Positions 20,941-31,101 of a stretch of 64,000 bases of DNA are shown piece by piece. A model generated the notes under the pieces. The model did not search any database. It saw nothing but the letters and a program-made list of their open reading frames with translations, and had not been told where the DNA came from. The first letter of the stretch is position 1, and the number at the start of each line of letters is the position of its first letter. This stretch comes from Candidatus Hydrogenedentota bacterium (GTDB lineage Bacteria; Hydrogenedentota; Hydrogenedentia; Hydrogenedentales; SLHB01). The position numbers were made by a program, and so were the translations under genes. The DNA is taken from positions 160,001-224,000 of the forward strand of contig CAVUWV010000027.1 in the NCBI GenBank assembly GCA_963745075.1, in the 5' to 3' direction.

Positions 20941-21143
20941 TCCAGAGCGTCACATTCCACGCCAGCAACGTTGCGGAAAACACGTTGCGGTTGACGAGTA
21001 TGGTGCACCGTTCACAGGCCGTTTCGCGCCAAACCGGCAAAACCACTTCCGTTGTCCGTAAGTACAAGCGCGTTGATTCCATTCCAAATCGCATAGTATT
21101 GTACCCGCGCGTGCTGTGGCGACGGCGAGTCCTTGGAGGCAGT

Positions 21144-22073
21144 ATGGAAGAAAACAACCCGGAGATTTCGGTAGTCATTCCGGTGTTCAATGAGGAACCC
21201 AATCTCCAGGAGTTATTCCGCCGCACGGTGGAAACCCTCGAAGCGACCGGCCGTACCTTCGAAATCGTCGCCGTCGACGACGGCAGCACCGACGGAAGCC
21301 TCCCGTTCCTGAAGAAGTTTCGTGAGGTTGACGAGCGCCTGCGCATTGTCTGTTTGGCCCGGAATTTCGGACAAAGTCCCGCGTTGTACGCTGGATTCGC
21401 CTATGTGCGCGGCAAGATTATTGCCATGCTCGATGCCGATCTCCAGAATCCTCCCGAAGATTTGCCGAAGCTGATTGCGAAAATCGACGAAGGATACGAT
21501 TTTGTCAGCGGATGGCGCCGGTGCCGGCAAGACTCCTATTTCCGGACCCTTCCGTCGCGTTATCTCAATTATCTGGTCAACGTGTCTACCAAGTCGCGCT
21601 TTCACGACGTTGGCTGCTGCTTGAAGGCGTTTCGACGCGAGGTCACGCAACATCTCATCCAATTCACACACCGGTCGCGTTACATCGCGGTCGATGTAGC
21701 GTGGCTGGGAGTACGTGCCACCGAGGTCGAGGTCGGTCACGGCGAGCGGGCCGCGGGCAAGAGCAAGTATGGTTTATTTAAGTTGTTCCGAACCGGGTTC
21801 GATCTGGTTACCAGTGTGACAGCGGCGCCCCTTCAGTTCTTTGGGCTCATCGGTTGGTTGTTCGCCTTGGTGGGCTTTGGCATGGGGATTCGCCTCGCCT
21901 ATTTTCGATACATGTACGGCGAGTTGAATCAGTTTATTACGGTAATCGCCATTTTTTTCTTTCTATTCGGCATGCAGATGACCGCCACCGGCTTGATGTG
22001 CGAGTACATCAGCCGAATCTACATCGAAGTGCAGAATCGTCCCTACTACGTCGTTAAAGAGGTGGTCGAATAG
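21144..22073 (+). CDS. ArnC/GtrB-like polyprenyl-phosphate glycosyltransferase (GT2)
   Basis: SVVIPVFNEE, VDDGSTD, RNFGQ, LDADLQNPPED, two C-terminal TMs, EYISRIY.EV..RP.Y; GGAGG RBS. Confidence 0.9.
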   Translation: MEENNPEISVVIPVFNEEPNLQELFRRTVETLEATGRTFEIVAVDDGSTDGSLPFLKKFREVDERLRIVCLARNFGQSPALYAGFAYVRGKIIAMLDADLQNPPEDLPKLIAKIDEGYDFVSGWRRCRQDSYFRTLPSRYLNYLVNVSTKSRFHDVGCCLKAFRREVTQHLIQFTHRSRYIAVDVAWLGVRATEVEVGHGERAAGKSKYGLFKLFRTGFDLVTSVTAAPLQFFGLIGWLFALVGFGMGIRLAYFRYMYGELNQFITVIAIFFFLFGMQMTATGLMCEYISRIYIEVQNRPYYVVKEVVE

Positions 22074-22090
22074 GCGGAATCAGTCCGCCT

Positions 22091-23317
22091 CTATGCGCAT
22101 GTGGACCCTTCGTGTGGAACGGTTTCAATGTGAACGCGCGCTGCCCCTTCGCTTGCGGTAGCCTGAGCGGCCTTGGCGTCGTGCCCGAATGCGATGACAT
22201 AGCCCACACGGTGATCACTGTTCTCCAATGCGTGCACGACGCTGCCGGCCGAAAGACTACAGACGACTTCCTCCACACCCGCCATGCTACGCGCGTCTTC
22301 CAGACCCGAAATGCGTGTCACCACGCCGGGTTCCGGCGTGAGAAAGCGGATGGCTGCCCCACGCGATACCGTGGGCTCCAGGCTTGGCGGTTCTCCCATG
22401 GCGATTGCAACAGCGGCACGGTTCAGGTTCACGCCGGTTGCGAGGGGCACCAGGTGAGACGCAATGCACCCGCCGCCCAAGCGAGCGCCAAGTTCGACCA
22501 GTTTAATACCGTTTGCGGTGACGAACATTTCCGCATGAAGCGCACACGTATCCAGGTTGAAGCATCGCGCGATTGCCTCCACTGCGTCCCGCAGACCGTT
22601 TTGTACGTCGTGGGAAAGGCTCGACGGCACCACGTGCGCGATCTCGACACAGTATGGCGGCGCGGTCGTGGTCTTGTCCGTGATGGCGACGATCCGCGCT
22701 GTGCCGCTCGTGACTATACCTTCCACACTGACCTCGCGCCCGCTCAACAGCTCCTCAGCCAGAACCACGCCGGAAGGGGAGAAGCGCTTGGCGTAGCGGA
22801 ACGCGGCGACAAGTTCTTCGGCCTTCTGCACGACGAATGCGCCCTTGCTGCCACTGGACTGCACCGGTTTGAGAACGGCCGGCAGACCGCACGCTTCGGG
22901 AATCCCCCGTGCCTGTTCTTCGGATTCGAGCCCGTGAAATCGGGGGCAATACTGCGGCCGTGTGGCTTGTAACTGTTGACGCATCCGTAGCTTGTTGCGG
23001 GATAGTTTCGCCGTTTCCGGATCGATGCCCGGCAGGCCCAGTGCGTGGCAAACCTCCGCACACGGTACAAGGCACGGGTCACTCGCGACCGCGACTACGC
23101 CGTCCACGCGGTATCGGCGGGCCACCTCGATGGCCCGATCCACGTCAAGCGGGTTTACCGCTTCGGCAAAGTCTGCAAGCTGCAGCCCCGGGGCGTTCGG
23201 GTTACCGTCCATTGCCACCACTTCCAGGCCCGCTTCATGGGCATCCCGAATTACGGGTACCTGGAACTGCCCTGCAGGCATGACCAGCACCCGCGGCCTG
23301 CTCCCGGGACTTTTCAA
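22091..23317 (-). CDS. ATP-grasp amide ligase (L-amino-acid-ligase-like C-terminal domain)
   Basis: NKLRMR, VLKPVQSSGSKG, EELLSGREVSVE, VELGARLGGG, RVGYVIA. Confidence 0.88.
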   Translation of the reverse strand: MKSPGSRPRVLVMPAGQFQVPVIRDAHEAGLEVVAMDGNPNAPGLQLADFAEAVNPLDVDRAIEVARRYRVDGVVAVASDPCLVPCAEVCHALGLPGIDPETAKLSRNKLRMRQQLQATRPQYCPRFHGLESEEQARGIPEACGLPAVLKPVQSSGSKGAFVVQKAEELVAAFRYAKRFSPSGVVLAEELLSGREVSVEGIVTSGTARIVAITDKTTTAPPYCVEIAHVVPSSLSHDVQNGLRDAVEAIARCFNLDTCALHAEMFVTANGIKLVELGARLGGGCIASHLVPLATGVNLNRAAVAIAMGEPPSLEPTVSRGAAIRFLTPEPGVVTRISGLEDARSMAGVEEVVCSLSAGSVVHALENSDHRVGYVIAFGHDAKAAQATASEGAARVHIETVPHEGSTCA

Positions 23318-24111
23318 AGCGCCCCCGGCAAAAGCGAAAGGACGGTGCCCCCGAAAATCTGTTCCTGCTCTTCTGTCGTGAATCCGTGCTCCGTGAGAAT
23401 TGTTTTCGCCATCGCGAAGGTCACCGCCAACGGATCTTGTGGATGGTCGGAACCGTAAATTAGCCGGTTGGCGCCCATGGACTTCAAGACGAACATGAAC
23501 TGGTCTTCAAAGGGCGTCCCGCGAAAATACAGGAGAGACAGGGAGAGGTCGACATAGAGATTGTCGTTTGCTTTTACCATTGCCAAGGCGTCCAGGAATC
23601 GGAAACCGCCCGCGTGGCACATGATCACTTTGGCTTCCGGGACCTGTTTGCACAGATTGTCGATGTGAAACGGCAGTTGCGTATGCAAGGGCGTAGGTTT
23701 CCAGAGATAGGCGTCGATGGCCACCGGGATCCCCAGTTCCGCCGCCCGGCGCACCACCGGAACGACACAAGGGTCGTCGGCTGCAAAGCCCATGAAACGG
23801 GGATGCAGCTTCAGGCCCTGCAAGTTATACGCGCGCACGTCGCGTTCCAACATGTCCGCGGCCTCGGCTGATTCCCGTGGATTCACCGAGGCAAACCCGA
23901 CTAGTTGGTCCGGATACCGTTCGCAGCATTCGTGGACGAACTCGTTCGAGGTCCGCTTGACGTGCGGCGTATCCGCCGCGATCGGGAATAGTATTGCCTT
24001 ATCGACGGGACTATCCGCTAGGTTTTGAACGAGGCATTCCAGGGTGGCGTCGTAGCGGACGCCAAACCCGTCCTTTTCCGGATGCACAAAGGTATGCGCA
24101 TCGATGATCAT
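23314..24111 (-). CDS. Amidohydrolase_2 family metallohydrolase
   Basis: IIDAHT, GLKLHP, IMCHAG, YGSDHP. Confidence 0.88.
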   Translation of the reverse strand: MIIDAHTFVHPEKDGFGVRYDATLECLVQNLADSPVDKAILFPIAADTPHVKRTSNEFVHECCERYPDQLVGFASVNPRESAEAADMLERDVRAYNLQGLKLHPRFMGFAADDPCVVPVVRRAAELGIPVAIDAYLWKPTPLHTQLPFHIDNLCKQVPEAKVIMCHAGGFRFLDALAMVKANDNLYVDLSLSLLYFRGTPFEDQFMFVLKSMGANRLIYGSDHPQDPLAVTFAMAKTILTEHGFTTEEQEQIFGGTVLSLLPGAL

Positions 24112-24201
24112 AGTGGTCACTCCTGTCGGTAACCCGAATAATCTCAAGCCCTGCGCGGTTCGAACGCTGCCCGGTTAACATCGCCCCGCGATCCGTTTCG
24201 A

Positions 24202-26376
24202 TCAGAACTTGCTGTTGGCGAACACTTTCTTCAGCGCATCCACCACTTCTTTCACATTGCGGTCCGTCACGCGCGGATGCAGCGGCAGCGAAAGAATGGC
24301 GTCCGAGGCGGCCGAAGCATGGGGGAGGGCCTGCGAGGGAAGATCGAGGACTTCCCGATAGTACCGGTGCCGGTGGATGGCGACGAAGTGCACGCCGGTC
24401 CCCACGTTTTCCAGGCGCAACGCCTGGACGATGGAATCCCTATCGGTGGAAAGCTTGTCTAATCGCAAACGCACGATCATCAAGTGCCATGCATGGTCCG
24501 CATCCGCACACGCCGACGGCAGTTCAATCTCATCAATCGTGCCGAGCACGCTGCGGTAGATTCGGGCCAACCGCCGGCGCGCAGCGAGAAATCCGTCGAG
24601 TTTTTCCAACTGAGCCAGCCCCATCGCGGCGCTGACGTTCGTCATATTGTATTTGAAGCCGGGAGCGACCACTTCCGGGCTCGCCGCGGGCGCTTCACCG
24701 CTGTAGCGGTTCCAGGCGTGGGTGCTGAGTCCGTTGTGGGCCAGCACGCGCAGTTGATGGGCCTGCTCCTCGTCCGGCAGTGCGATCATGCCACCTTCGA
24801 TGGTCGTGATGTTCTTTACCGGGTAGAAGCTGAAACAGGCCGGGCCTTCGAGGCTACCGATGGGGCGTCCCCGGTACGATGCGCCTAGTGCATGGGCGGC
24901 ATCTTCGACGATCGGAATGTTGTGCTTGCGGCCAATGGCGTAGATAGCGTCCAGGTCGCACGGCTGGCCGGCGAGATGGACCGGCACGATCGCCCTCGTC
25001 CGCTCCGTGATGGCGGTCTCCACCGCTTCCGGATCGACGTTCAGCGTATCCGGCTGTATGTCTGCCAGGACCAGCTTGGCGCCCATGTTGACGATGGTGT
25101 TTGCCGTGGACACCCACGTCAGCGGCGACGTGATGACTTCGTCGCCGGGTTTCACTCCCGCCTGTACAAGGCACAGGTGCAACGCCGCCGTGCACGATGA
25201 GACGGCCACCGCGTGGGACGCCGAGACCCGGCCGGCAAAGGCCCGCTCGAATTCGGTTACCTTGGCGCCGGTCGTCAGCCAACCGCTTCGCAAGACCTCG
25301 AGGACCGCCGCTTCCTCTTCTTTGCCGATGGACGGCGGCGAGAGCGGAATGAACCGGGCCGCAACCGGTTCGCCGCCCTGCGACACGGGTGTGGCGAGCA
25401 ATTCCTTCATGCGTCGCACGTTGAAATGGATCGTCGCAAAGGGGTCGATTCGCTCGTCCTGCAAATTCTCCCGGATTTCCTCCGCGCCGCGGTCCGCAGT
25501 CCACTCCGCGTCGAACCCGAGGACGCGCTTTATTTTGTTGAACTGGACGTGGTAGCTGCGGAGGTCCTCGTCGTCCTTCACAACTTCGAGCCGGACATCC
25601 TGGAACATGGCGAGAATTCGCTTGGCCAGGTCGATAATCTGATAATTGATGGCGTCCGCCCCGAGATTGAAGATCTCTCCGCTCACGACTTTGGCGGGCG
25701 CCTCCGTCATGACGATCAGGGCCCGGGCGGCATCACGGACGTGGATGAATGGCCGCCACTGTTTCCCCCCGCCGTAGACGTTAATGCGGCCGTTGCGCAT
25801 GGCTGTCGCCACCATGAGGTTGATGGCGAGGTCAAACCGCATGCGCGGCGACCATCCGAAGAGCGTGGCGGGCCGGGCGATGACAGGTTCAAAACTGGCC
25901 GACATCCGCTCAAGAAGGATTCGCTCCGACCCCAGCTTACTCTCCGCGTAGACGGATATGGGATTCGTCGGACTCCCTTCGTCGAGGATCTCGAACATGC
26001 CTCTCCCGTAGACGCTGCACGACGACGCCAGAACGAAACGGCGCACGCCATAGGTCAAGGCCATATCCGCAATGCGCTCCGTACTCGCCAGATTCACATC
26101 CAGGGCCATTTCCGGGTCCAGGTCGCACGAGGGATCATTCGCCAGTCCGGCGAGGTGAATGATTGCGTCGGCGCCGTCGAACAGCTCTGGGAAGTCGGCG
26201 ATGCGGCGGATATCGCCGCGGACGAAAGTGCAACCGGGCAGCGCATTCAACGCTTCCGTTACGTTTTCACCAAAACATAAGCGGTCGAGAATTCGGACTT
26301 CATGACCTTTTTCCACGAGCTGCCGGACCACATGGTTTCCCAGATATCCGGCGCCACCCGTCACCACAACGCGCAT
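24202..26376 (-). CDS. Fused NAD-dependent epimerase/dehydratase + DegT/DnrJ/EryC1/StrS aminotransferase
   Basis: N-terminal VTGGAGYLG, SSCSVYG, YAESK; C-terminal SGWLTTG, EDAAHALG, FSFYPVKNITTIEGG. Confidence 0.93.
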   Translation of the reverse strand: MRVVVTGGAGYLGNHVVRQLVEKGHEVRILDRLCFGENVTEALNALPGCTFVRGDIRRIADFPELFDGADAIIHLAGLANDPSCDLDPEMALDVNLASTERIADMALTYGVRRFVLASSCSVYGRGMFEILDEGSPTNPISVYAESKLGSERILLERMSASFEPVIARPATLFGWSPRMRFDLAINLMVATAMRNGRINVYGGGKQWRPFIHVRDAARALIVMTEAPAKVVSGEIFNLGADAINYQIIDLAKRILAMFQDVRLEVVKDDEDLRSYHVQFNKIKRVLGFDAEWTADRGAEEIRENLQDERIDPFATIHFNVRRMKELLATPVSQGGEPVAARFIPLSPPSIGKEEEAAVLEVLRSGWLTTGAKVTEFERAFAGRVSASHAVAVSSCTAALHLCLVQAGVKPGDEVITSPLTWVSTANTIVNMGAKLVLADIQPDTLNVDPEAVETAITERTRAIVPVHLAGQPCDLDAIYAIGRKHNIPIVEDAAHALGASYRGRPIGSLEGPACFSFYPVKNITTIEGGMIALPDEEQAHQLRVLAHNGLSTHAWNRYSGEAPAASPEVVAPGFKYNMTNVSAAMGLAQLEKLDGFLAARRRLARIYRSVLGTIDEIELPSACADADHAWHLMIVRLRLDKLSTDRDSIVQALRLENVGTGVHFVAIHRHRYYREVLDLPSQALPHASAASDAILSLPLHPRVTDRNVKEVVDALKKVFANSKF

Positions 26377-26596
26377 TGTCTATCGCTCCCGGAAGTTGCG
26401 GAGTTTACGAGGGCGAGGTCCCGAAACCTCGATTGCAGGTTACCTTCCCCTCATGACCTTGTATATCAGCGGCTTGACTATAGCTGGGCAGGCTGTTAGC
26501 ATCAAATCTTTAGGAGCCCGCAAACCGTGCAATACCGGAAATCGTGGCATCGGTGCAGGCCCACTGGGTTCCGGGCCCGCCACAGTAGGTGAGACA

Positions 26597-27211
26597 ATGT
26601 CTGAAGCAAAGAACCGTGTGTTCACCAGTGGGGAAGTAGCAGCAATTTGCGGCGTGTCGCCGGATACGGTGTCGCGTTGGTTCGATCTTGGACAGATTGA
26701 GGGCTATCGGCTGGGGCCGGGCGGCGACCGGCGCATTCCGTACGAAAGCCTCCGTCAGTTCATGCTCAGCCATGGCATTCCGCTCGAACGGCTCGAGGAG
26801 GGCGAGAAACGTGTGCTGGTGGTGGACGACGACCCCTACTATCTGGACGTGATCCCGGCGGCGCTGGCGAAATCGGGCGATTACAAGGTGTTTGTCGCAT
26901 CGACCGGGTTCGACGCGGGCACCCAGGTCGCCGAACACAACCCGCACGTGATCATTCTCGATATCCACCTCTCCGATATGGACGGGCGGATGGTGTGCGA
27001 ACGGGTGAAAACGCGGGCCGAAACCAAGACGACCCGGATCCTGGCCATTTCAGGCTATATCGATGATGATGAAGCCAAGATGCTGACGGATTACGGGTTC
27101 GACGATTATCTCAAGAAACCCTTTAGTCTGGCCGATTTGTGTTCGCGCGTGGAGCGCTTGATGGAATTGCCGGCGGCGCGGATCGCACGACCCAAGCAGC
27201 CCCACTTCTGA
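26597..27211 (+). CDS. Response regulator with excisionase/MerR-like HTH N-terminus
   Basis: FTSGEVAAICGVS..TV.RWFD.G...YR..GGDRRIP followed by a REC domain (VVDDD, ILDIHL, KKPF). Confidence 0.9.
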   Translation: MSEAKNRVFTSGEVAAICGVSPDTVSRWFDLGQIEGYRLGPGGDRRIPYESLRQFMLSHGIPLERLEEGEKRVLVVDDDPYYLDVIPAALAKSGDYKVFVASTGFDAGTQVAEHNPHVIILDIHLSDMDGRMVCERVKTRAETKTTRILAISGYIDDDEAKMLTDYGFDDYLKKPFSLADLCSRVERLMELPAARIARPKQPHF

Positions 27212-27225
27212 CCGCCGGCCGTTCG

Positions 27226-27807
27226 ATGGGATACAGCACGCGAATTGACGATGCTTTTGCTTTTGCCCATCGCGTCCACCGTGACCAGCGCCGCAAAGGT
27301 TCCGGTGCGCCCTTCATCACCCATATCATGTCCGTGGCCGCGCTCGTGGGCGAGTTCGGCGGCAACGAAAACCAGTTCATTGCGGCGCTCCTGCATGACG
27401 CGGTCGAGGACGGGGAAGGGCGCAAAACGCTGACGGAAATCCGGCAAGCCTTCGGGGACCCAATCGGCGACCTCGTGGAAGGGTGCACGGACGCGTTCAC
27501 TCAACCGAAACCCCCCTGGCTCGAACGTAAGAAAAACTTTATCCAGGCGGTTCGCGGCGCATCTCCTGAATTGCGGCTCATTGTCGCGGCCGACAAGCTG
27601 CACAATGTACGTATCATCACGCGGGATTTGCGCGAGGAAGGCCCCCTCGTATGGGAGCGGTTTCAGGGTAAGCGGGACGGAAGCCTCTGGTACTACACCG
27701 AAATCCTGGGTGTTCTTTCCCAGGGATGGGAGCATCCGATTCTCGACGAGTTGGATAAGTCGGTCGCGGTCCTTCAGGCAACGGATCGTCAGTGCTCCAG
27801 TGACTGA
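27226..27807 (+). CDS. HD-domain protein, Mesh1/small alarmone hydrolase-like
   Basis: H..QRRKG...PFITH, AALLHDAVED, ADKLHN. Confidence 0.85.
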   Translation: MGYSTRIDDAFAFAHRVHRDQRRKGSGAPFITHIMSVAALVGEFGGNENQFIAALLHDAVEDGEGRKTLTEIRQAFGDPIGDLVEGCTDAFTQPKPPWLERKKNFIQAVRGASPELRLIVAADKLHNVRIITRDLREEGPLVWERFQGKRDGSLWYYTEILGVLSQGWEHPILDELDKSVAVLQATDRQCSSD

Positions 27808-27953
27808 AGACCCGGATGGGTGGCGGCTCGTGCCAGCGACCCCCGCTTGATTCGGTTTTAGGTCTGGGCTATATTCCTGATTCAGGCACGCGCCCTGTTC
27901 ACTTTCGCAAGATCCCCATGGGAACGGAAAATCCGCGCAGGGAAGGACGGTAA

Positions 27954-29063
27954 ATGGCACGCGTAGAATTGCGAACGGTCCGCAAGGTCTACCCCGGCGG
28001 GGTGGAGGCGGTGAAGTCGGCTTCGCTCGAAGTCCAGGACAAAGAGTTTGTGGTGCTGGTCGGTCCCTCCGGATGTGGCAAGTCCACGACGCTGCGGATG
28101 ATTGCGGGGCTCGAAGAGATTTCGGACGGCGAAATCTTTATCGGCGATACCCTCGTCAACAATGTGCCGCCCAAGAACCGCGATATCGCGATGGTCTTCC
28201 AGAACTACGCCCTCTATCCCCACATGACCGTTTACAAGAACATGGCCTTCGGGCTCATGTTGCGGAAGTATCCCAAGAAAGAGATCGAGCAGCGGGTGCG
28301 GGACGCGGCGCGAATCCTCGGCATCGAGCACCTTCTCGACCGCAAACCCAAGGCCTTGTCAGGCGGCGAGCGGCAGCGTGTGGCAGTGGGACGGGCCATC
28401 GTCCGGCAGCCCAAGGTGTTCCTCTTCGACGAGCCCTTGTCGAACCTGGATGCGAAATTGCGGGTTCAGATGCGCGCGGAGATCAGCAAACTCCACACCC
28501 GCCTTCAGTCCACCATGATCTACGTGACCCACGATCAGGTGGAAGCCATGACGATGGGGGATCGCATCGTGGTGATGCTGGGCGGCGAGATTCAGCAGAT
28601 TGCGAGTCCGCTCGAGCTATACAACCGGCCTGTAAACAAGTTCGTGGCGGGGTTTATTGGGAGCCCTCCGATGAACCTGATTGACGGAACCCTTACCGGT
28701 GAGAACGGCGCGCTCTGGTTTCAGGATAAGAGCAATGCCGTGCGGCTTTCGGTCGCGTCCGCGCACCGGGAAGCGCTGACTGCTTACGAGGGTAAGAACG
28801 TCATATTCGGTATGCGGCCCGAGCATTTCGTCGACAACACCGGTCAGACTCCCAAGGAGGGGAGGAGCATTACGGCGAATGTCGAGGTTGTGGAACCCAT
28901 GGGCTCGGAAATCTACCTCCACCTCGACATCGGCGGAACCATCTGCACCGCCCGCGTGAATACCGACGAAGAGCCACCGGTCAATGAGGCACACGTGATC
29001 GATGTGCTCATGGACAAAGCCCACTATTTCGATCCCGATACGGAAAAGGCCATTGTGCAATAG
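27954..29063 (+). CDS. Sugar ABC transporter ATP-binding protein (MalK/UgpC/MsmX family)
   Basis: GPSGCGKST, FQNYALYPHM, LSGGERQR, DEPLSNLDAKLR, FIGSP and TOBE domains. Confidence 0.95.
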   Translation: MARVELRTVRKVYPGGVEAVKSASLEVQDKEFVVLVGPSGCGKSTTLRMIAGLEEISDGEIFIGDTLVNNVPPKNRDIAMVFQNYALYPHMTVYKNMAFGLMLRKYPKKEIEQRVRDAARILGIEHLLDRKPKALSGGERQRVAVGRAIVRQPKVFLFDEPLSNLDAKLRVQMRAEISKLHTRLQSTMIYVTHDQVEAMTMGDRIVVMLGGEIQQIASPLELYNRPVNKFVAGFIGSPPMNLIDGTLTGENGALWFQDKSNAVRLSVASAHREALTAYEGKNVIFGMRPEHFVDNTGQTPKEGRSITANVEVVEPMGSEIYLHLDIGGTICTARVNTDEEPPVNEAHVIDVLMDKAHYFDPDTEKAIVQ

Positions 29064-29135
29064 GGCCGTGGACCCCGCTGCTGTTTCCGTGACTTCCTCA
29101 TATCGTCCGGTACAATCGGACAAACCATTCATCCA

Positions 29136-30305
29136 ATGAGTATCGATCCCAAAGACGCCGCCAACCGGTTCGAATCGCAATTCGGCGCGCCACCGGAAAT
29201 CCTCGTCCGTGCACCCGGCCGCGTGAATCTCATCGGGGAACACACCGACTACAACCACGGCTTCGTGCTGCCCATGGCTATCGATCGGGACACCGCGATC
29301 GCGGCCCGGTCCCGGGCGGATGATGTCCTGCGTATTTACGCCGCAAACTTGGACGATTGGGGCCAATGTCGCGTGGGCAAATGGGAGCGTTCCGATACGC
29401 ATCCCTGGAGCGACTACATTGCCGGGGTGGGCCAAGAAGTCGAGCGGCTCGAACGGCCGGTGCGTGGTGCGGATGTCCTTCTCCTTGGAGATGTTCCCAT
29501 CGGCGCGGGTCTCAGCAGCTCCGCCAGTGTGGAAATGGCCGCCCTGGCCCTGTTCGAAACCCTGGGCGATTTTACGCTGCAACCTGCCGAGGCGGCGGCG
29601 CTGGGGCAACGGGTGGAGAACGATTTTCTGGGGGTCTCCAGTGGCATTATGGATCAGTTCGTTGTTCGAGCGGCTCAATCCGGTCACGCGCTGTTTCTCG
29701 ATTGCCGATCCCTGGAATACGAGCAAGTCCCTGTCGGGCTTGATGATGCCGCGTTTGTGATCGCCGATACCGGCGTGGCGCGCGGTCTCGCCGGTTCGGC
29801 GTACAACGACCGGGTTCGCGAATGCGCCGAGGCGGTTCGAATCCTTCAAACGAAGACCAGCCGAAAGGGCACCCACCTTCGTGATTTCAGTCTCATCGAG
29901 TTGGACTTGGCCCAGGCAGACGTGTCCGACACAATTTTCCGCCGCGCCCGGCACGTTATTTCGGAGAATGCTCGCACACAGGAAGCCTGTGAGGCGCTGC
30001 GATCCGGCGACGCAGTCCGGCTTGGCGCGTTATTCAATGCTTCCGACCGGAGCCTTCGTGACGACTACGCCGTTACCTGCCCGGAATTGGATGCGATGAC
30101 CGCTATTGCCCGGTCCCTGCCCGGCTGCTACGGTAGCCGGATGACCGGGGCGGGCTTCGGGGGCTGCACCGTGCATTTGGTGGGTACAAATCACGCACGA
30201 GAATTCTGCGCGACCCTTCTAAATGCATATAATGCACAAATCGGGATCGGATGCGCTGTGTATACCACTTACCCAGCACGAGGGGCGTCCTCGCTCACGC
30301 TCTAA
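29136..30305 (+). CDS. galK: Galactokinase
   Basis: APGRVNLIGEHTDYN, PIGAGLSSSA, GIMDQ, GSRMTGAGFGG. Confidence 0.95.
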   Translation: MSIDPKDAANRFESQFGAPPEILVRAPGRVNLIGEHTDYNHGFVLPMAIDRDTAIAARSRADDVLRIYAANLDDWGQCRVGKWERSDTHPWSDYIAGVGQEVERLERPVRGADVLLLGDVPIGAGLSSSASVEMAALALFETLGDFTLQPAEAAALGQRVENDFLGVSSGIMDQFVVRAAQSGHALFLDCRSLEYEQVPVGLDDAAFVIADTGVARGLAGSAYNDRVRECAEAVRILQTKTSRKGTHLRDFSLIELDLAQADVSDTIFRRARHVISENARTQEACEALRSGDAVRLGALFNASDRSLRDDYAVTCPELDAMTAIARSLPGCYGSRMTGAGFGGCTVHLVGTNHAREFCATLLNAYNAQIGIGCAVYTTYPARGASSLTL

Positions 30306-30440
30306 GCTTTACTGCTTTGATGATACCGTATATCCCGTAAGTGCCAAATATTCCTTTTTCTTGCGATCCCGTTTTGATCGTTTTATCGTATGTAATTTAT
30401 TGGTGTATAAGTGTTTACGAAGTAAAGAGATTATTGTTGT

Positions 30441-30469
30441 TTGCATTCTAAGGATTTGTTCGGCATAAT
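30441..30469 (+). promoter_or_regulatory. Putative sigma70 promoter of pilin cassette 1
   Basis: TTGCAT-17bp-CATAAT in an AT-rich intergenic region. Confidence 0.5.
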
Positions 30470-30600
30470 CATCGGAGGGAGAGGAAGTCGTATTGGCGGT
30501 CTCGACTGCCGATACTTTCTACCTTTTATTTGAATTGGTTGGAGATTACTGAAATTTGCGGCGAATCGAGACGATGAACCGAGTGAGGGTTTGCGCGGAC

Positions 30601-31101
30601 ATGCAAAACGACCTCAAAATAGCTTGGATGCGAGGCGGCCCCAAAGCCCTCCGCGAGGAGTGCGGGGTTACGCTCGTAGAACTGATGATCGCCGCCGGGG
30701 TTTTGGCAGTCGCCATTGTTCTTCTGCTCGGCGGTCTCATCTCGATCGGCGAAACCAACGCGATCACAGAGAACCAGACCGTCGCGAGCGCATATCTCGA
30801 AAGTGTCGTTGAGGAAACGCAAGCGCTTTCGTACGACCAATTACTGGCTTATCAGCCGCCCGCGATGACGGGGCTGGGCGCGAGTTCGACGATTCAAGTG
30901 CAATGTATGGATTCCGCCGGCAACCCCGTGATGCTGCCGGTGGACCCGGCGAGTCTCGGCGGGGCTCTGCCAAACCCCACGGAAGTTCAGATCACCGTGG
31001 TGTGGAACGACGTGCGTGGCCGCGTATTCACGGCGCGAACCTCGACCCTTTGCAGGAGATGGAGGCATGTACCGTTCGGAAGAAGGCATGACCTTGATTG
31101 A
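30601..31101 (+). CDS. Type IV minor pilin, PilV-like (cassette 1)
   Basis: Prepilin motif G|VTLVELMIAAGV. The start is uncertain. Confidence 0.8.
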   Translation: MQNDLKIAWMRGGPKALREECGVTLVELMIAAGVLAVAIVLLLGGLISIGETNAITENQTVASAYLESVVEETQALSYDQLLAYQPPAMTGLGASSTIQVQCMDSAGNPVMLPVDPASLGGALPNPTEVQITVVWNDVRGRVFTARTSTLCRRWRHVPFGRRHDLD

